This document shows, piece after piece, positions 1 through 14,000 of a stretch of 64,000 nucleotides of DNA. Positions within the stretch are counted from its first letter, which is position 1; every line of letters starts with the position of its first letter. The notes below the pieces were generated by a model. That model saw only the letters and a program-made list of their open reading frames with translations. It made no database searches and was not told the DNA's origin. Position numbers and translations under genes: made by a program. The stretch is from Ascidiella aspersa. Its lineage: Eukaryota. Location: assembly GCA_963924565.1 (NCBI GenBank), contig OZ004610.1, positions 15,934,001-15,998,000 on the forward strand, given 5' to 3'.

Positions 1-480
1 GTGATGTCCGCCACGAAAGGGCATCCCGGTCAGCTCTGGCAGAGCATGCGGTTGAACTCCGACACGGAATTGATTGGGATAATTGTAAAATTCTAGACTG
101 GGAACCGCACTATTACAAAAGACGGTTCATTGAATCATTCCGGATTGACAAATCTCCTAACACCATGAATAAAAAGGATTCCTGGTATCCGGCAATCTAC
201 TCGTCGTTGTAGCTATACGCAATAGCTGAAAAACGCTCGTTGTCCGACGGCGCAGTCCTGCACCGGATGACTCCGGCGCGTCACGGCTTATCGCATACTT
301 CAGCGACGTCTAGAATTATTAATCTACGTTTTTTCAATTTTTTACTTCTCTGTATATAAGATGGCTAACGGACTCTCGTTTTAATTATTAACCCTGATGA
401 GGTCAGCTGGCATCTGCTGCCGAAACGTCGGTCTTCGTTCACACCAGAAGAGCGATTTCTATCTATTGATATGTTGCCTG
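1..480 (+). mobile_element. 3' end of a Penelope-like retroelement (GIY-YIG endonuclease C-terminus plus pLTR)
   Basis: Frame 3 (3-212) reads DVRHERASRSALAEHAVELRHGIDWDNCKILDWEPHYYKRRFIESFRIDKSPNTMNKKDSWYPAIYSSL*, matching the SALAEH..H.IDW.N.KIL..E...KR.F.ES..I pattern of PLE GIY-YIG tails. A hammerhead motif follows, as is typical of PLE pLTRs. The right boundary is approximate. Confidence 0.85.
391..432 (+). ncRNA. Minimal type I hammerhead ribozyme motif (PLE-associated)
   Basis: acc-CTGATGA-gg(t)cagc[tggcatct]gctgcc-GAAA-cg-TC-ggt. Catalytic boxes intact, stem I acc/ggt, stem II present, palindromic ACGT in place of stem III. Confidence 0.8.
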
Positions 481-2026
481 GTGGAGCTAACTCTATTTGT
501 AATTCCTAAGTGTTTGCGCTCGTTATCACAAAATAGGATTAGTGGTTCATTCACGTGATTGCTAGCCGGGAGTTGAATTGTGACGTCATAGTATTGCTTT
601 GTGCTAATGAGAATTACGTTTTTACAGCTTGCTGCACTGCCACTGTGGGCTGTACGGACACGGTTTAAAAACTTATCGTGATAGCTTCATTCAAATAAAG
701 TGATTTTTGCGTGACGTATCAACAAGCCAATCTTAGAGTTAAGACTACAAGTACACCCGCTTCATTTGATACCATTAAAAACAACTAGTTATTTTGTGCA
801 TATTTTTAAGGGGGCCGTGAGCAATTAAAAAAATTGCTTGGCGACCGTAGAGTAATTTTTTGAAAAAAGTTTGAGAATCACTGGTCTAAAACAAGTAAGC
901 TTCGCCGTCAGTCACGATTGGCGTTCTAATCATGTTGCTTTGTGGGTTCGCCAAAAGTTAAGAAATTTCGTTATAAAACCACAACGTTACAGAGTTAATA
1001 AAAATACACCACTACTGATTGCATCAAATATAGCCTACAATCCTTCGTCGGGCTGCGAATCGGACACCTGAGTTGCATCAATAAACAGACTAGATCGTTT
1101 TGTTTGTATCCGGTATCACAATTTTAGCATACTTATACATTACCTACGTATTTTTTTCGCGGGAAGTATGCTGTTAGTAAAGTCACATGTTCTTAACTTG
1201 CCCGAGAAAAAACCCCGGAGATATCAGGGCGATTTACGCGCACAGTATACTTTATTTTCCAGACTAGAGTCAGACTAAAGTAGTTAACAATATTAGAGAT
1301 ACTCAAACCATATGTGAAACTAAAAAGTGATTCACATTTAACTTAAAAAAAACGACCTGGTTAAAACAGAAGTATTTTTGATCTCTGGTGTCCGATTGTT
1401 TGACACGGAATCAAATGTTGCTTATGTTTATGCTTTTTTACCAGGTTTACTTAAACTATTGTATGTAGGGTATTTAAGGTTAAGCAAATCGCAAATATTT
1501 AGTGGAAAGATGCAGAGCCATTTTTGGCAGAAAAACAAGCGACTTTAATACGATGACCTACTTATCTCGTTGTATATCTGTATTTTTTTTTTGTATACTT
1601 TGGCGTCTTACACAAAAAGTATTTTAAGTTAACTTTGGCATTCAACTTCCGTTACGCGTCTCGTATAGCGTTAGGTAAAGTCTTGTTTGGTTACCAGGAA
1701 TACCTGAACGTGATCAAAATTTTATCAAAAAAGTTTTGAAAACACATTGCACTACGCACAGTGTACATCCACTGCAGCGGATGGGTGGTGCGTTTACCTT
1801 GTAAAAACAAGACTTATTTCCTAGTACTCGTAGCAAAAGTGGAACACAAGAACGAATAATATCACAAAGAAAAGAGAACATGTATCAATGAAAGCCGATT
1901 TATAAATAGGAGTTCAGTATTTTCCCAATTTATATGCAGAGGTTCAACAAGTGCATGTGTGACAAAATTCTCCAATTTAATTTAGCCGAGGTGAAATGCA
2001 TAGGAAAAAGTCGAAATTGACCAATA

Positions 2027-5000
2027 TTACAGATCTTCATGCGTAATCCTTTGCTTCTCGTCAGGTTCTGAAAAAGAAATAAATGCCCTAGGAATTAGAT
2101 AAATTTTGTAATATATGCCTCAACAAGCAGAAATCAGTTCCCTGATCTTAGATTTTAAATAAATTAAATACTCCAAGCAAATTTGTTAAACTATTTTTTT
2201 AAGCCTTCACACATAACACAATCTCAGTAAATTGCAAATGGCATACCACTTTTCTTTGGTATCGTATGCGAGTTCGATAGCCGTTCTTGTAATGCCTTGA
2301 TTTCATTGTCGTATTCCGGCCACTCCGCTACTATTCGTACAGCGGCAGTTAGCTTTGGCTCTTTAGTCAATGGATTGTTGCACTACAATAGACAAAGAAA
2401 CAACTAAACAAATTAAAAACCACTCGCCTGAGAAAGAATATGGAAACCAATGCGGAAAAGTACTAGAATTTTCACGCTTCATCACTTACATTGCAAGTTT
2501 AGCTCGAATAAAGAGGAAATAAAAATTAATTAAACACCACCACAGTTCTGCCAAACATAGGAATATCATTCAACAAAAATGCTTAAAAATAACATTTAGA
2601 ATAACTAAGAGTTCACCTCCAGATAACAATGAAGTCAAGTTACATAATAAAATCGAACTAAATAGAGCTAATATGTATGCAGAAAAACAGTAATTTTTAC
2701 CAAGTCGATAGTTTTGGCGTTTTGCTTTGATTCTTCACTGCACCAAGTAGCACACCAAAGCCACTCTTGTGGTAACGATTTAATTCCAACCTAAGTAGAA
2801 AAAACTTTTGTTTAGTTGTAAAAAATATTTTCAAATTTGTTTACGATTAACCACTTGAAAACAAAATGTTTGTAAAGCTGATAGTGATACAGATCTAGTG
2901 CCAGTACAGTTTTGCTTGAAAACGAATGGCTGAATCGAGTCAATATGTGCCTTAATTGTGTGTGAGTGCATAAATAAACCGTTTCATTTATGCAGTAGTC
3001 TCTGTACTGTATCACATAGAAACAGCTTATTTATTGTTTAATCATTTATCTCACAGTTTTATTAACGTGTAAGTAACTTGTAAGACAGAGTATAAGATAA
3101 ATTAAATTAAATAGAACTAAACTAGTGTGATAAGGTTCTGTAATTCACGTGATTTATTGTTTTTATTACTTTTAGGGACAGGGCCGGATTAGCTATGAAG
3201 CCCGTGAGGCCTAGGCCTAAGGGCCCTCAAGATCAAGGGGCTTCCTAGATTAGAGTTAGTTAGTTTTTTTGGTATTCAATAGTTATAATCCAATACAGTT
3301 GTGGCGTCCGATGTCACCATTACTAAATATGCGAATTAGTTTTGTCAACCTGGTACATTGTTGCACGATCATTGAATTATTGTCATTCTTTTTTTTTAAA
3401 TAATAGCAGACTTGATTTATTTTCTAGCCTAGTTAGAATGAGATTTTTTGTGTTAGTTGTTAGGTTAGATTGTTTTTTTGATTTAGGTCTAGGGCTCTAT
3501 GCTTACGGGAGTTATGGTAGGCTACTCCGCTTCTGGTACCAGTTTTTAGACAAGTTCCAGCTTGTAAATTACCGGTACTGTAGCAGCACTAAATGACTAG
3601 GCCTACAGCTTCATAATATTCCTTCAAAATATTTGAAGTAAAAAATCCAGAATAGGATAGATCCGAAATAGTGAAGTTATTCTGAATTGGCCATCCCGAT
3701 TACTAGTAACTACCGAATTATCTCCTACTAAAATTATTATCTAAACCAATTCAATTCGGTTGCCTGACTGTTTCATTTATTACATTAACAGAGAGAGATA
3801 GAGAAATATTAGTATTTTTTATTATCTGTGTGCTTGCCCACATTGCTGCGCTAATTACAGCATGTCAAAGAAAAAAGTGGATGCAAAAAACTAAAACACG
3901 GCTGCAGAAAAAAGAAAAAGAGAAGCTTTGCTGAAGCAAACTCCAAGACTATTTACCTACTTTTCGTCAAAACAAGACAGCCAGATTTATCTGATACAGA
4001 TCCAGTATTTCCAAAATATAAAACAGGTGCAGTGGTTACTTCTACGTTAAAGACTGAAACTGGACAGCTAACTGAGCGTCAGGAACAGGATGGTGATGCA
4101 TTAAATAAGAGTGCAAACACTTCAGAAATAACTACTGAACATACTCAAATTGATGCTGCACATACTGACACAGAAATACCTACATGTGACCAAGTAAAAT
4201 GAAATATTTATCCTATAGATGAAGAATTTCTATCTTACTGGTGCGAAAAAGGCCATAAACAATGCCAGAACTGGGAATCTGATTTCACAGCTACAAAACG
4301 TTAGTATTCAAAACAAAGTCCTTATCTTTTAAAAGGAAGGTTTGAGTATGAGAAGTTAAATAAGGAGATTGGTAAACGACAATGGCTTCGGTATTCACAC
4401 AGTACACACAAGGTTTACTGTTTTTATTGCTGTTTGTTCGCTGATAACAAATCAGGACAATTCTGTATGGGTTTTAACTTTTAACGACTGGAAAAACCCT
4501 ACTTATATCAGTAAACATGTTAAAAGCACTCAACATATCACTGCTGTCTCAGGCATATTTCATCCAAGAGGTAATTTATCTTAACGAATTAATGCCCAAT
4601 TAGAATCACAGTTTTTGGAAACTTGAAATCATTGGATAAAGGTTCTACAACGTGCGGTGAAAATAATTATTTGTATTTCTAAAAGAGATTTTGCTTTTGT
4701 GGTTTGGATGAAAAAATGGATCAAAGGATGATGAAAATTATCGGTATTATTGAATCAATATTATTTTTTATCTTTATAAAGTATATACAGGAAAACAGCT
4801 TGCATCTTACCTAACAAACTTTTTGACAGAGTATAAAGTTGATATTGGACTTTGCAGGGGTCAGGGTTTTGATAATGCAAAAAACATGAGTGGAAAATAC
4901 TCAGGAATGCAAGCACACCTTAAAATAAAGTGGCAGATTACATATCTTGTGCTGCTCATTCATTAAACCTTGTGGGTCGCTGTATTGAAGCTGTGCCATT

Positions 5001-8000
5001 CTTTGGCTTAACTAAAGAGGTACACAACTTTTCTCTGCATTAAAACATAGATGGAAGAACTCAACAGATTCACTTGAAAAAGGTCGCCGAGTTACAAAAT
5101 CACTTTCACAAACACGATGGAGTGTTAATGCAGAAACTAATTATGCACTTTGTCATATACATGTTGCTCTTGAACATATTCAGGATAACGCACATGAAAA
5201 AAAGCAGATACAAGAGACAGTCTGAAATAACTCTTTGAAGTCTGAATTATTCTTTTCAACTACTGGAAATCGGCATATTTTTTGATATTTGGAATGACAT
5301 ACTACAACCTTTTGATAAATGTAGCATTAATCTGCAAACTTCAAATGTTGATAGTTCAACAGGTGTTAGGCTCTTTAAATCTTTACAAACGGTGATTCAA
5401 ACAATGAAGGGCAATTTTGATATCTATGAACAAAAGGGAGTTACTAAAACACACAACCAAACTACAAAGCTGTTGCATCTCGTAATCGAAAGAAAACACA
5501 TGATGATGGCCCATCAGCACATTTAACTCCCAAGGAAGCATTTCAAATTCAAACATTCATTCCCACCCGTGATAAACTGATTCAGAAATTGCCGAAAAGG
5601 ATTGTAGCTTATGACAGTATTAATAAAGTGTTTGGGGTCATTGACAACTTTACAATAAATATGGCTACTGAAGACATTGTTTTTAGGGAAGACTTCTCAT
5701 AAAAATGTAATCAATTTGTGGCATATGTAAAAGATTCTCTCAAGAAAAAAGCTACTGAGACAAAATCATGTGGCTATATAGAATAATTATTCAGACCAAG
5801 ATCACTGAGAGTTTTCTAAATGTAAATAGCTATACGCTTGTTATGAATCTGATGATCATACAAAAAGAACGATCTTTTTCCCTTTGACGAGTTAATAACT
5901 ATTTACCTCGAAGGCTAGGAAATAGTAATTTTAAATATACATTGTAATAGTAATACACTATGAGTCCATGACAATTAGTTATATTTAATACATGCTTTTA
6001 TGTTATGTTAATGTCATTTTGCAGTAAATTATTTCAATTTAGCATGTATGTATTTTTATTACCTTTTGTATCTTGGTTTGAAAAAATGGGCCTTTCTCTA
6101 GCAAATAAACTCGGGCCCGCAGTACCCTTAATCCGGCCCGAGTATGAAGCACAATAGATAAAGTTGCATGCCTACTTTAAAACCATGCCATTAACGAATC
6201 GAATATCGCTTAGCCATACAGTTGATAGAAAAAACCTTTACTGCCACATCTCAGTTTCAAAAGTAGCTGGCGAAGTGACAATCGACTCTCTGCTTGATTT
6301 GATTTCTCTGTTGATTAAGACCAGAGATATAGAAGAAAATCCGTTCTCACATAAGTAAGTTGTCGAAAATATTTTTACCATTTTGACCGCTTTGTGGCTA
6401 AGAGACGGATATTTATTTCACGAGGGATTTTTTTTCACTAAAAGTAAAGGTCGCTTTAATTGGAAATTTTGAAATCTTCGATAAAGACATCATTTTGCTG
6501 AGATCTTTTTTTCGTGGATTGTCATTTGCTGGAAATAACGTTGAAAGCTAGGAAGAAAAGGATGATTTCGCATTTCTTCAAGAAGTATTTGCAAGCTTAC
6601 TCATTCAAACTTCATCCATAAAAAATTATGCTAATGAAGAATAAGTCACTTGCAAACAGTGTTTTGCGGCTTACCTGAGATCAAACAGCCGCTAAGAACG
6701 CGCCTCTTGACAACCACCGTAAATAAGAAGAAGATGCTGATGCTGTGAACCCGTAGTATCACATATCAGTTTAATACGCCTTGAATTTAAAGCTCGACTA
6801 CGAATTTCATTTACGATTTTTACTGATATATCTAGCACAGTTTTAAAGGAGACATCCAGTCATGTTGGCAGCTTCATCCGACGCTAATTCCCCAAACTAT
6901 GCCATGCTTGTAAAAATACTGCTATGCCATGCTTGTAAAAAACTCAAAATGTTTGGCATTTCTTCTAAGCCTATAAGGGGCTTTTTACCATTCATTGTTG
7001 TATCCAAACGTTTTTAAACCGTGTTATTTGAAAGCGGCTTTGCCTTCAGTTTTAAGCTACCGATAATATTTTCAGCGTCAGCTAAGATGCTATATTTGAC
7101 TATAGCTTTTCGGAAGAGCCATTTTCCCAATCATGAACGGCTTTTTTGGTTTTGATATTTGAAAAATTTGAACATGATACACGAAGAAGAGATTTTTCGG
7201 TGGTTTGAATCTCGTTAGGTAGTCTTTAAAAATAATACAGTGGTTTACAATCTACTGCTAAAGCATTGCACAACAAATCAACTTTTAAAAAAGGCATTAT
7301 ATTATGCCTACATAAGTGAATGCAGAAAAAAAACGAATTGAAAGGTTGAACAAAAAAAAACTAAGACAGCTTGGTCGAAACCAGCGGTTTTCAAACTTGT
7401 TACATGGCGGACCCCTTTGCCTTCCTCGTAAAAATGCCGGACCCAAATACTTTTTTAAGCCAAAAAATTGTATGAAAATTGTCAAAATATATAAAACTTC
7501 TAAGGACAAAGTAAACCCGAAGCTACAATAATTTTTTTTTGATGCTCTACAGCAGTGGTCGGCAAACTGTGGGCCGCGGCCCAAATGTGAGCCGCAGAGC
7601 CATTTTTAGTGGGCCGCGAGTTACTTTTTAAATAACTTAGTGTTATAATGTAGTTGTGGGACGCGTGATAGCCGTACATTCATGACACTTTATTTTAAAA
7701 GTTGGTGTGGCATTGAATTGTTAAATCGGCTTAGCTTGGAAACCACCACGTGCCAAATGTGGTCCTGGGAGCATGTCGAACTATATTTTTTGCCAACTTA
7801 AACTGTACCTAATTTAAAAAAAACTCGCGCTTCGCGCGTATATTCTTTTTTATAGTATGTTAAACATTTGTTTTATAGTATGTTAAACATTATGATATGG
7901 CAGTGTTTTGGGCACCAAGGCGCCATGTTATATTTCACCTTAAAATTAAATATCCTGAATCCGCCCTTTTTGGCAGTCGTTTTACTTAGTAGGCCTTCAA

Positions 8001-11000
8001 TAGCTTTGAAAAGAGTACTTTGGGCAGCGACAAAAAAGTTTGCCGACCACTGCCCTACAGCCTACACCTACATGCAAATACAAAAATGTTCTGCGGCCTA
8101 AAGAAGGGTAAAAAACACTATATTATCAAATAACGTGTAGAATAAAATTGCTTAACATAATAAGTGCAAATTTTTAAATTACTTGCTTGTTGAATGTTGA
8201 TGTTGTATGTCGGTGCTTACCTGATGGATCATATTGTTGGGAAGGTCCTGGTCCAGGTTTGCTAGTGAATTTGGATCCTGGGAAAGCCCCTGGTACTGTC
8301 CCCGCAGTCTGTCACCGGCCGCAATTCGGCGGAATTTTTTCAAATCGACCACATAAATTGCACTGGCAAGAATGAAACAAAAATGTCAGACTAAACAGCA
8401 ATGCTAATCTGCTGTTAACACAAAATTTGTTTGCGATAAGTTCGGTTGAAAAGAGTAAAAAGAAAGCCACTTTTCACGTCTTACTGGTATAAAATTTGAT
8501 ATTGCTGGACAAAATTAAACAGACATTCCCGATATTGGATTAGGCTAACACTGATCTGAGCGCAAGTTTTTCGATACCTAATGTGGTATTTCCGTCCAGC
8601 AAGGTGGCTCGCCCAGTATCCCCCCTTCCAAAAGCGAAAGCCGTCCATTTCTTTTTTGTCGTCGCAAAACGGAGTGTAGCCGTAAGGATTTCCCTCCAGG
8701 TCCATGTCACGTAATTCCTGCATATTCAGAAAAGTTAGGTTTTGTGTACGCACGTAACAACTACACATATACAACTTGATTTTTTAAGAATGTATAGTTA
8801 AAAATTGTCTTCGAATATGGAGATGAACTGAATAAGCTGCAATATTGATATCACTTTAACCCAAAATATGGTTAAAACTTGTAAGTATTGTAAAATGCTT
8901 AAAACCACCATATACAGTACACATTAGAAAATTGTTCAACCAAAAGTAGTATAAGTTATAAATAATATGACTTTTAAGCCTAATGGTTTTCATAATTTAT
9001 ATACCGTTTTTCTCTCAATATACAGTAAATGGGCAGATGATATGCTTACGGAGAAAACTGAAAAACAGACAGCTTTGGTAATCTACCTTGAGATCAGCAC
9101 GAACAATTTGATCCGCATCCACAAATATGATCTTATCTACTCCAAGAGGAAAAAGTACATCCAAGAAAAGAATCTTGTATCTATATAACGTTAGTATGTG
9201 GTTTAACTAATATACTCCATGGAAAATTACACGAAAAGATCTGCTAACAAACTGAAACGTTTGTACCCACCCCCACATTGTTCTTTGTTTTTCCTTTTGT
9301 TGACGCAGCCACCTTGGCCACTTGTACTGTACCATTTCGAAGTCGAATCCATATTCCTCGGCCATTCGTGGGATAAAATCCTGCAAAAATCAAGGGTTAT
9401 AAGCAGGTTAAGATAGAACAATGTTTGTTTATTTCGATGCTAGTCCCACATTCGTTTAACCATTCCAAGACAACTAAACGTGGATTGTTATAGTCCAACC
9501 GTAAAGTCGTGCACATACAACGTAAAATACTGAAAAGTTTTTTGTTTTATTGTTGTCTCTGTAGCCGCATAGAGCAGTGGTTCTCAACCTTTTTAGCATA
9601 CGGACCGGTAAAACTTTAAGAACAAGTTTTGCGGACCGGTGGACCTTCAAAAATCAAAATAAACCCAAAATTTAATAACGCAACAGTATGCAACTAAAAC
9701 ACTTCTTAGCTTTCACATACAAATGGTCTTAAAGTTTAACACTTAAACGAGTTGTAGCCTACTGTGAAACATTTGGCCAAAATACTTGCAGCATTGTGAC
9801 GTACAATCAAGTCATAGAGCATCTTCGATACCCACGTTTTACTCGCCTTTTTTTGTATAACAGAGATACGGTTTGATATTTGCAGTAAAGTAAGTGTGAA
9901 TCGCACCTTGAACTGTGGAGAAATGTAGTTTTTGAGTACCCAAAACTTGACTGGTGTCTTGGTGTGGCGGAGAACACTAAGCATCATGATCCGCATCAGT
10001 CGCTCGTAAAGATGTCCAGATGCGAGGGAGAAAATATTGAGGACGTCCGTTCCGTTTGCGGAGAGGTCGTCGCCTGATGTTTTCGAGTGCTCGTTGTCGC
10101 TACTTCCCCCGGTTAGCGTACTGCGAAGTTGTTAAAAGTCAGTAGTAACTGTTATGAAAAATATGTGTAGTTTGCAAGTTGTTAACACAAAAAGCGTTCC
10201 GAGAGGCATGGTAATAAATACAGCAATACGGTGTATGAGTTGCTTCAACAAGATGGGAGATATTTGTGTTGCATATCCCTGTCCCTGGTAGTGATTTACA
10301 TTTTCACAAAACATTTTATAAAAAAAGAAAAAAAGCTGACACACTAACAGTGATATTATGTTATCTAATGAATTTAGATTTGCTGACAGCAATATTTGTG
10401 AGTAAAAACTAAAAGATTCTTGACGCCAGTAATCTTGCTGCTTTTAAATGATATATATTTGCGTGGTAAAGATGTTTGGATAATATCGAGTCTGGGTTGG
10501 TACGTAACAGTTACACCAACTTGTTACAAACACGCCTAAAAAATTGTTGTATATAGTATACAAACAAAATCATTTACTTAGCGATAGAGTTCCAAATGCC
10601 ACCAGAATCATTTTTATCTTCTTGTTTTGATTCGCTTGATTCTTCCTCATCCAAAAGTGCAACGTCCACCATCTCCGGTTTCTTTGACACCTAAATCAGA
10701 AGATACAAAATATGCCGTTTAACCAACAACAATGAGCAAATCGAACTCAAACTATCAAATGCATGCAAACTTGCAAGCTGCCCACCTTAACCGATATAAC
10801 TTTGCTTTTGAAGCTGTCCATCAGCACAATGACATCATTTCTGCCGTGTGAAGAATCGGTATTCTCATGGCTGTAACATATTACTTCATTTAACATCGTA
10901 TAAAACGCGAGTGTAGTTAATGTTTTTGTATGAATGTTTAAATTTTGGAAAATTATGTTCGTACTTATTTTACATCAAATTTATCTTAAGGAAACCGTTA

Positions 11001-14000
11001 TAACTGGAATAACCTTTCACAACACAATACTCAGCTAAATAGTTTTGATTTGTTATCAAAATTTGCCAGCTAAACCTCGTGGCTAACTATTTTATTTCAA
11101 CCGAATCGTTTTATATTTTAACAAACAAAATCCAGCTGGCAAAAAATAAATAAAATTTTACATTAAACTTAACATATTTTTAATAAAACGTCTCCCACGC
11201 TTGCCAGGTACCGACCTCGTAATTTGGTAGATTTCGCGCGACCTTCCAGCACGCAGGTTAAGGTGCCACACACCAGGCGTGGTCTTGAGCTGAAAATATC
11301 CGAGGTTTGCCATCACGATGGTATCTACCGACACCGAGCTGCTGTTAACTCCTAACGTGAACTGAAGACCACGCGGAGAAGTACCTTAGTGTTGTAAGAA
11401 TCAATGTGAGGTGGAAAAACACCGGTCCCAGGTAGTCAAACACATTTATAACACAAAGTAAAACAATCGCGATTAATAAGCTTGTGACGATAACGTACGC
11501 AAGAAATACATGAATCCCCAAACAAGGTCGCCCGGCTTTTTTATGAACTAAGCTCAAAGACTAACGTTTTCAAAAGTTAGTGAATCACTCAACATGTTTC
11601 ATACATAATTCGAAAACTGTATAAATGTCATTAACAAAATAACTAACAGTTGACTAGCACTATCCAAACAAGTTGAAAATAAAAAACCTAAAATTCCAAG
11701 ACTATATTTAAAGACATAGGGCAAGATTATTAATACGCAAATCATTTCTAAGACAATCATAGACATTTAATGATCAAATACGTTGTATCAGTCTGTCAAA
11801 AGTCACTGTGTGTTTTGAATTAACATATAGCTAACAAAGACAAAATAATTGTTAGATTTGCTGATATAATTGTTAAGATACAATTTGGTTTCTCGCAGCT
11901 AAATAAGTGGTTATTTAAATACTGACATCGTTTTTTTTATCAGGGATGGCAAACCTTTTTGTTGCGCGGGTCACAAACACGACCTTAATCCTTACAAAAT
12001 GCACAAGTGGGTTATATATTTAATCATGATATGCTAGTTTTATACGAAACTTGGATGATGCGTCGTTTTAAGTGTTATTGTCTAGGTTGGTAAACTCAAG
12101 GTTTTTGGACGATTTCAAAATTGGGATTCCCACGAATATTATTAAATAGTTTACAAATGCTACGGCATATTATGTAATGACAGGCGTTCGGCAGAAAGCC
12201 TTTTAGTATGGTTTACCTAGGGTTTTCAGAATTTTTAGTCTGTGAGCTATTAATTTCCCTCCCTTTTAGCACCCTTTACATTTTACAGCAATAAACCAAA
12301 TTCTATTCGTTTAATGCTTTTCTGCACACAATTTGTTGGAGTGGTCAAGCCAAGATATTTGCCCCAAAATGTGTATAAGGTCTTAAAAGTGATGTCACAT
12401 TTTTCTTTTTATTTAGAAAAGTTTAAGATTTTCTTTGCGTGTTTATTAGTTACCTTCGTTTAGTGTTGGTAATTGAAACCCTCGTCATATTACGTCACAC
12501 CACCCGATGTGCGTGGTAAACTGTTCGCCTAACTCAGGGGTATACGGCTTTTTCGTGCGACGTATGGCTCTTTTGATGAAAGAATCTTGCTTGCAGATAA
12601 ATCTAAGCTACCATTTCGTAGCATGATTTGAATAAAACTGCACGCGGTCACAGCCGCTTTCCTACCTTATTTCTCCTTGTTAACACACATAGAAGCAAAT
12701 TTTTCGGCGATTTAGCGCGAATCCTATTTTTTTACTGTTATCCCGTTTGAGGGAATCTCTTTATATCCAAAAGGCCCTGTTATTTCCATCGGAAATGCGT
12801 AATCAAATTTCTGCAAACTAAGCTAACAGCATAATCCTCCAAAGCTAGCAATTCAGGTCAGACACTATTAAAAAAAGATAGATATATATATATTTCGCGC
12901 ATCGAATAAATTGTCAGGAATTAAGGTCGACATTTATCTTGCAAGGATCAAGGTGATTTCCAATATCACATATTCAGTGCAACAAACTTAGCTAGTTCAT
13001 TTATTCGTGCTAAGTATGTTATTTCCTTTAAATGAGAACAAAATAGAGGGCCTGCTCAATTTACTATTTTTTCCAACCTATAACTAGCTTGTTAAAAAAG
13101 TATTATATGGCTCTCATGGAAATACAACAAAGGACATTTGGCTTTTATGGCTCCCTTAGCTAAAAAGGTTTCCGACCCCTGGCCTAACTGGTGTAACTAC
13201 AGACGTTTAGCCCAAAATAAAAAAAACTAAGTCGGAATATGAACAGTTGGGAGCTGGGACAGAGACAAACGTAACTTAGGTGCCAAAAGCAACGCATACC
13301 CGAGGTAAGATCTTTTGCGTGTCCCTCCAGCGCGAAACACTCCAGCTCGTACTCGGCCTGAACCGAATTGTCGACCTTTTCCAACTTGATATTGTCCAAG
13401 TCGTGGACAGCCTTAACTACCTCGACCAGCCATCCCTCGGGCGGGTGCATGGTTAAGGTCAGTATGGACTTGGACGGCAAATCAATGAACTTGGCGTGTG
13501 GGCCGTTCGACATGCTGTTGTCGACCTGACAAAGACAAGAAAAGACCTATATTCGAGTTTCAACATCGGCCTTATTTCATTACCACCAGAAAAACAAGTT
13601 TTGTTACTTGCTTTTGTTCTTCCAAGCAATGGAAACTGATGAGCGTCATGTATATGCAGCGTTTATTGATTTGTCGAAATGGAACGTTATTGATTTGAAA
13701 CCGTTAAGTTTACTTTTCTTAATTCCATTTGTTTGTCCTTTATACCAGGGTTTCCCAAACTTTTTTGGACCACTTTTTGTTAATCTGTTTTTCTAGGACC
13801 GCAATACAAAGCAAAAAATAAACAAAACTAAATTTTATATATTTACAAAACTGACAACATCAATGGGACGGATGAGATTGCGTCCCTTGCTTAAAACATT
13901 AATTTATCATAAATTCAAAGCGCAACAAGTAAGCTTTACGATACTGGATAGCAAAAGCTTTCGAAATCATTAAGTTGTGAATAACTGGGGCAATTTAATT

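Noticed and set aside
6898-6941. Short local duplications (ctatgccatgcttgtaaaaa x2; also near 34593-34643 and 51004-51030)
   Set aside because: Two-copy slippage duplications without spacers; not CRISPR-like or otherwise informative.
13636-13680. CTGATGA occurrences at 13636, about 5849, about 45114 and about 58377 as further hammerheads
   Set aside because: No stem II followed by GAAA-N-UH in the proper spacing.
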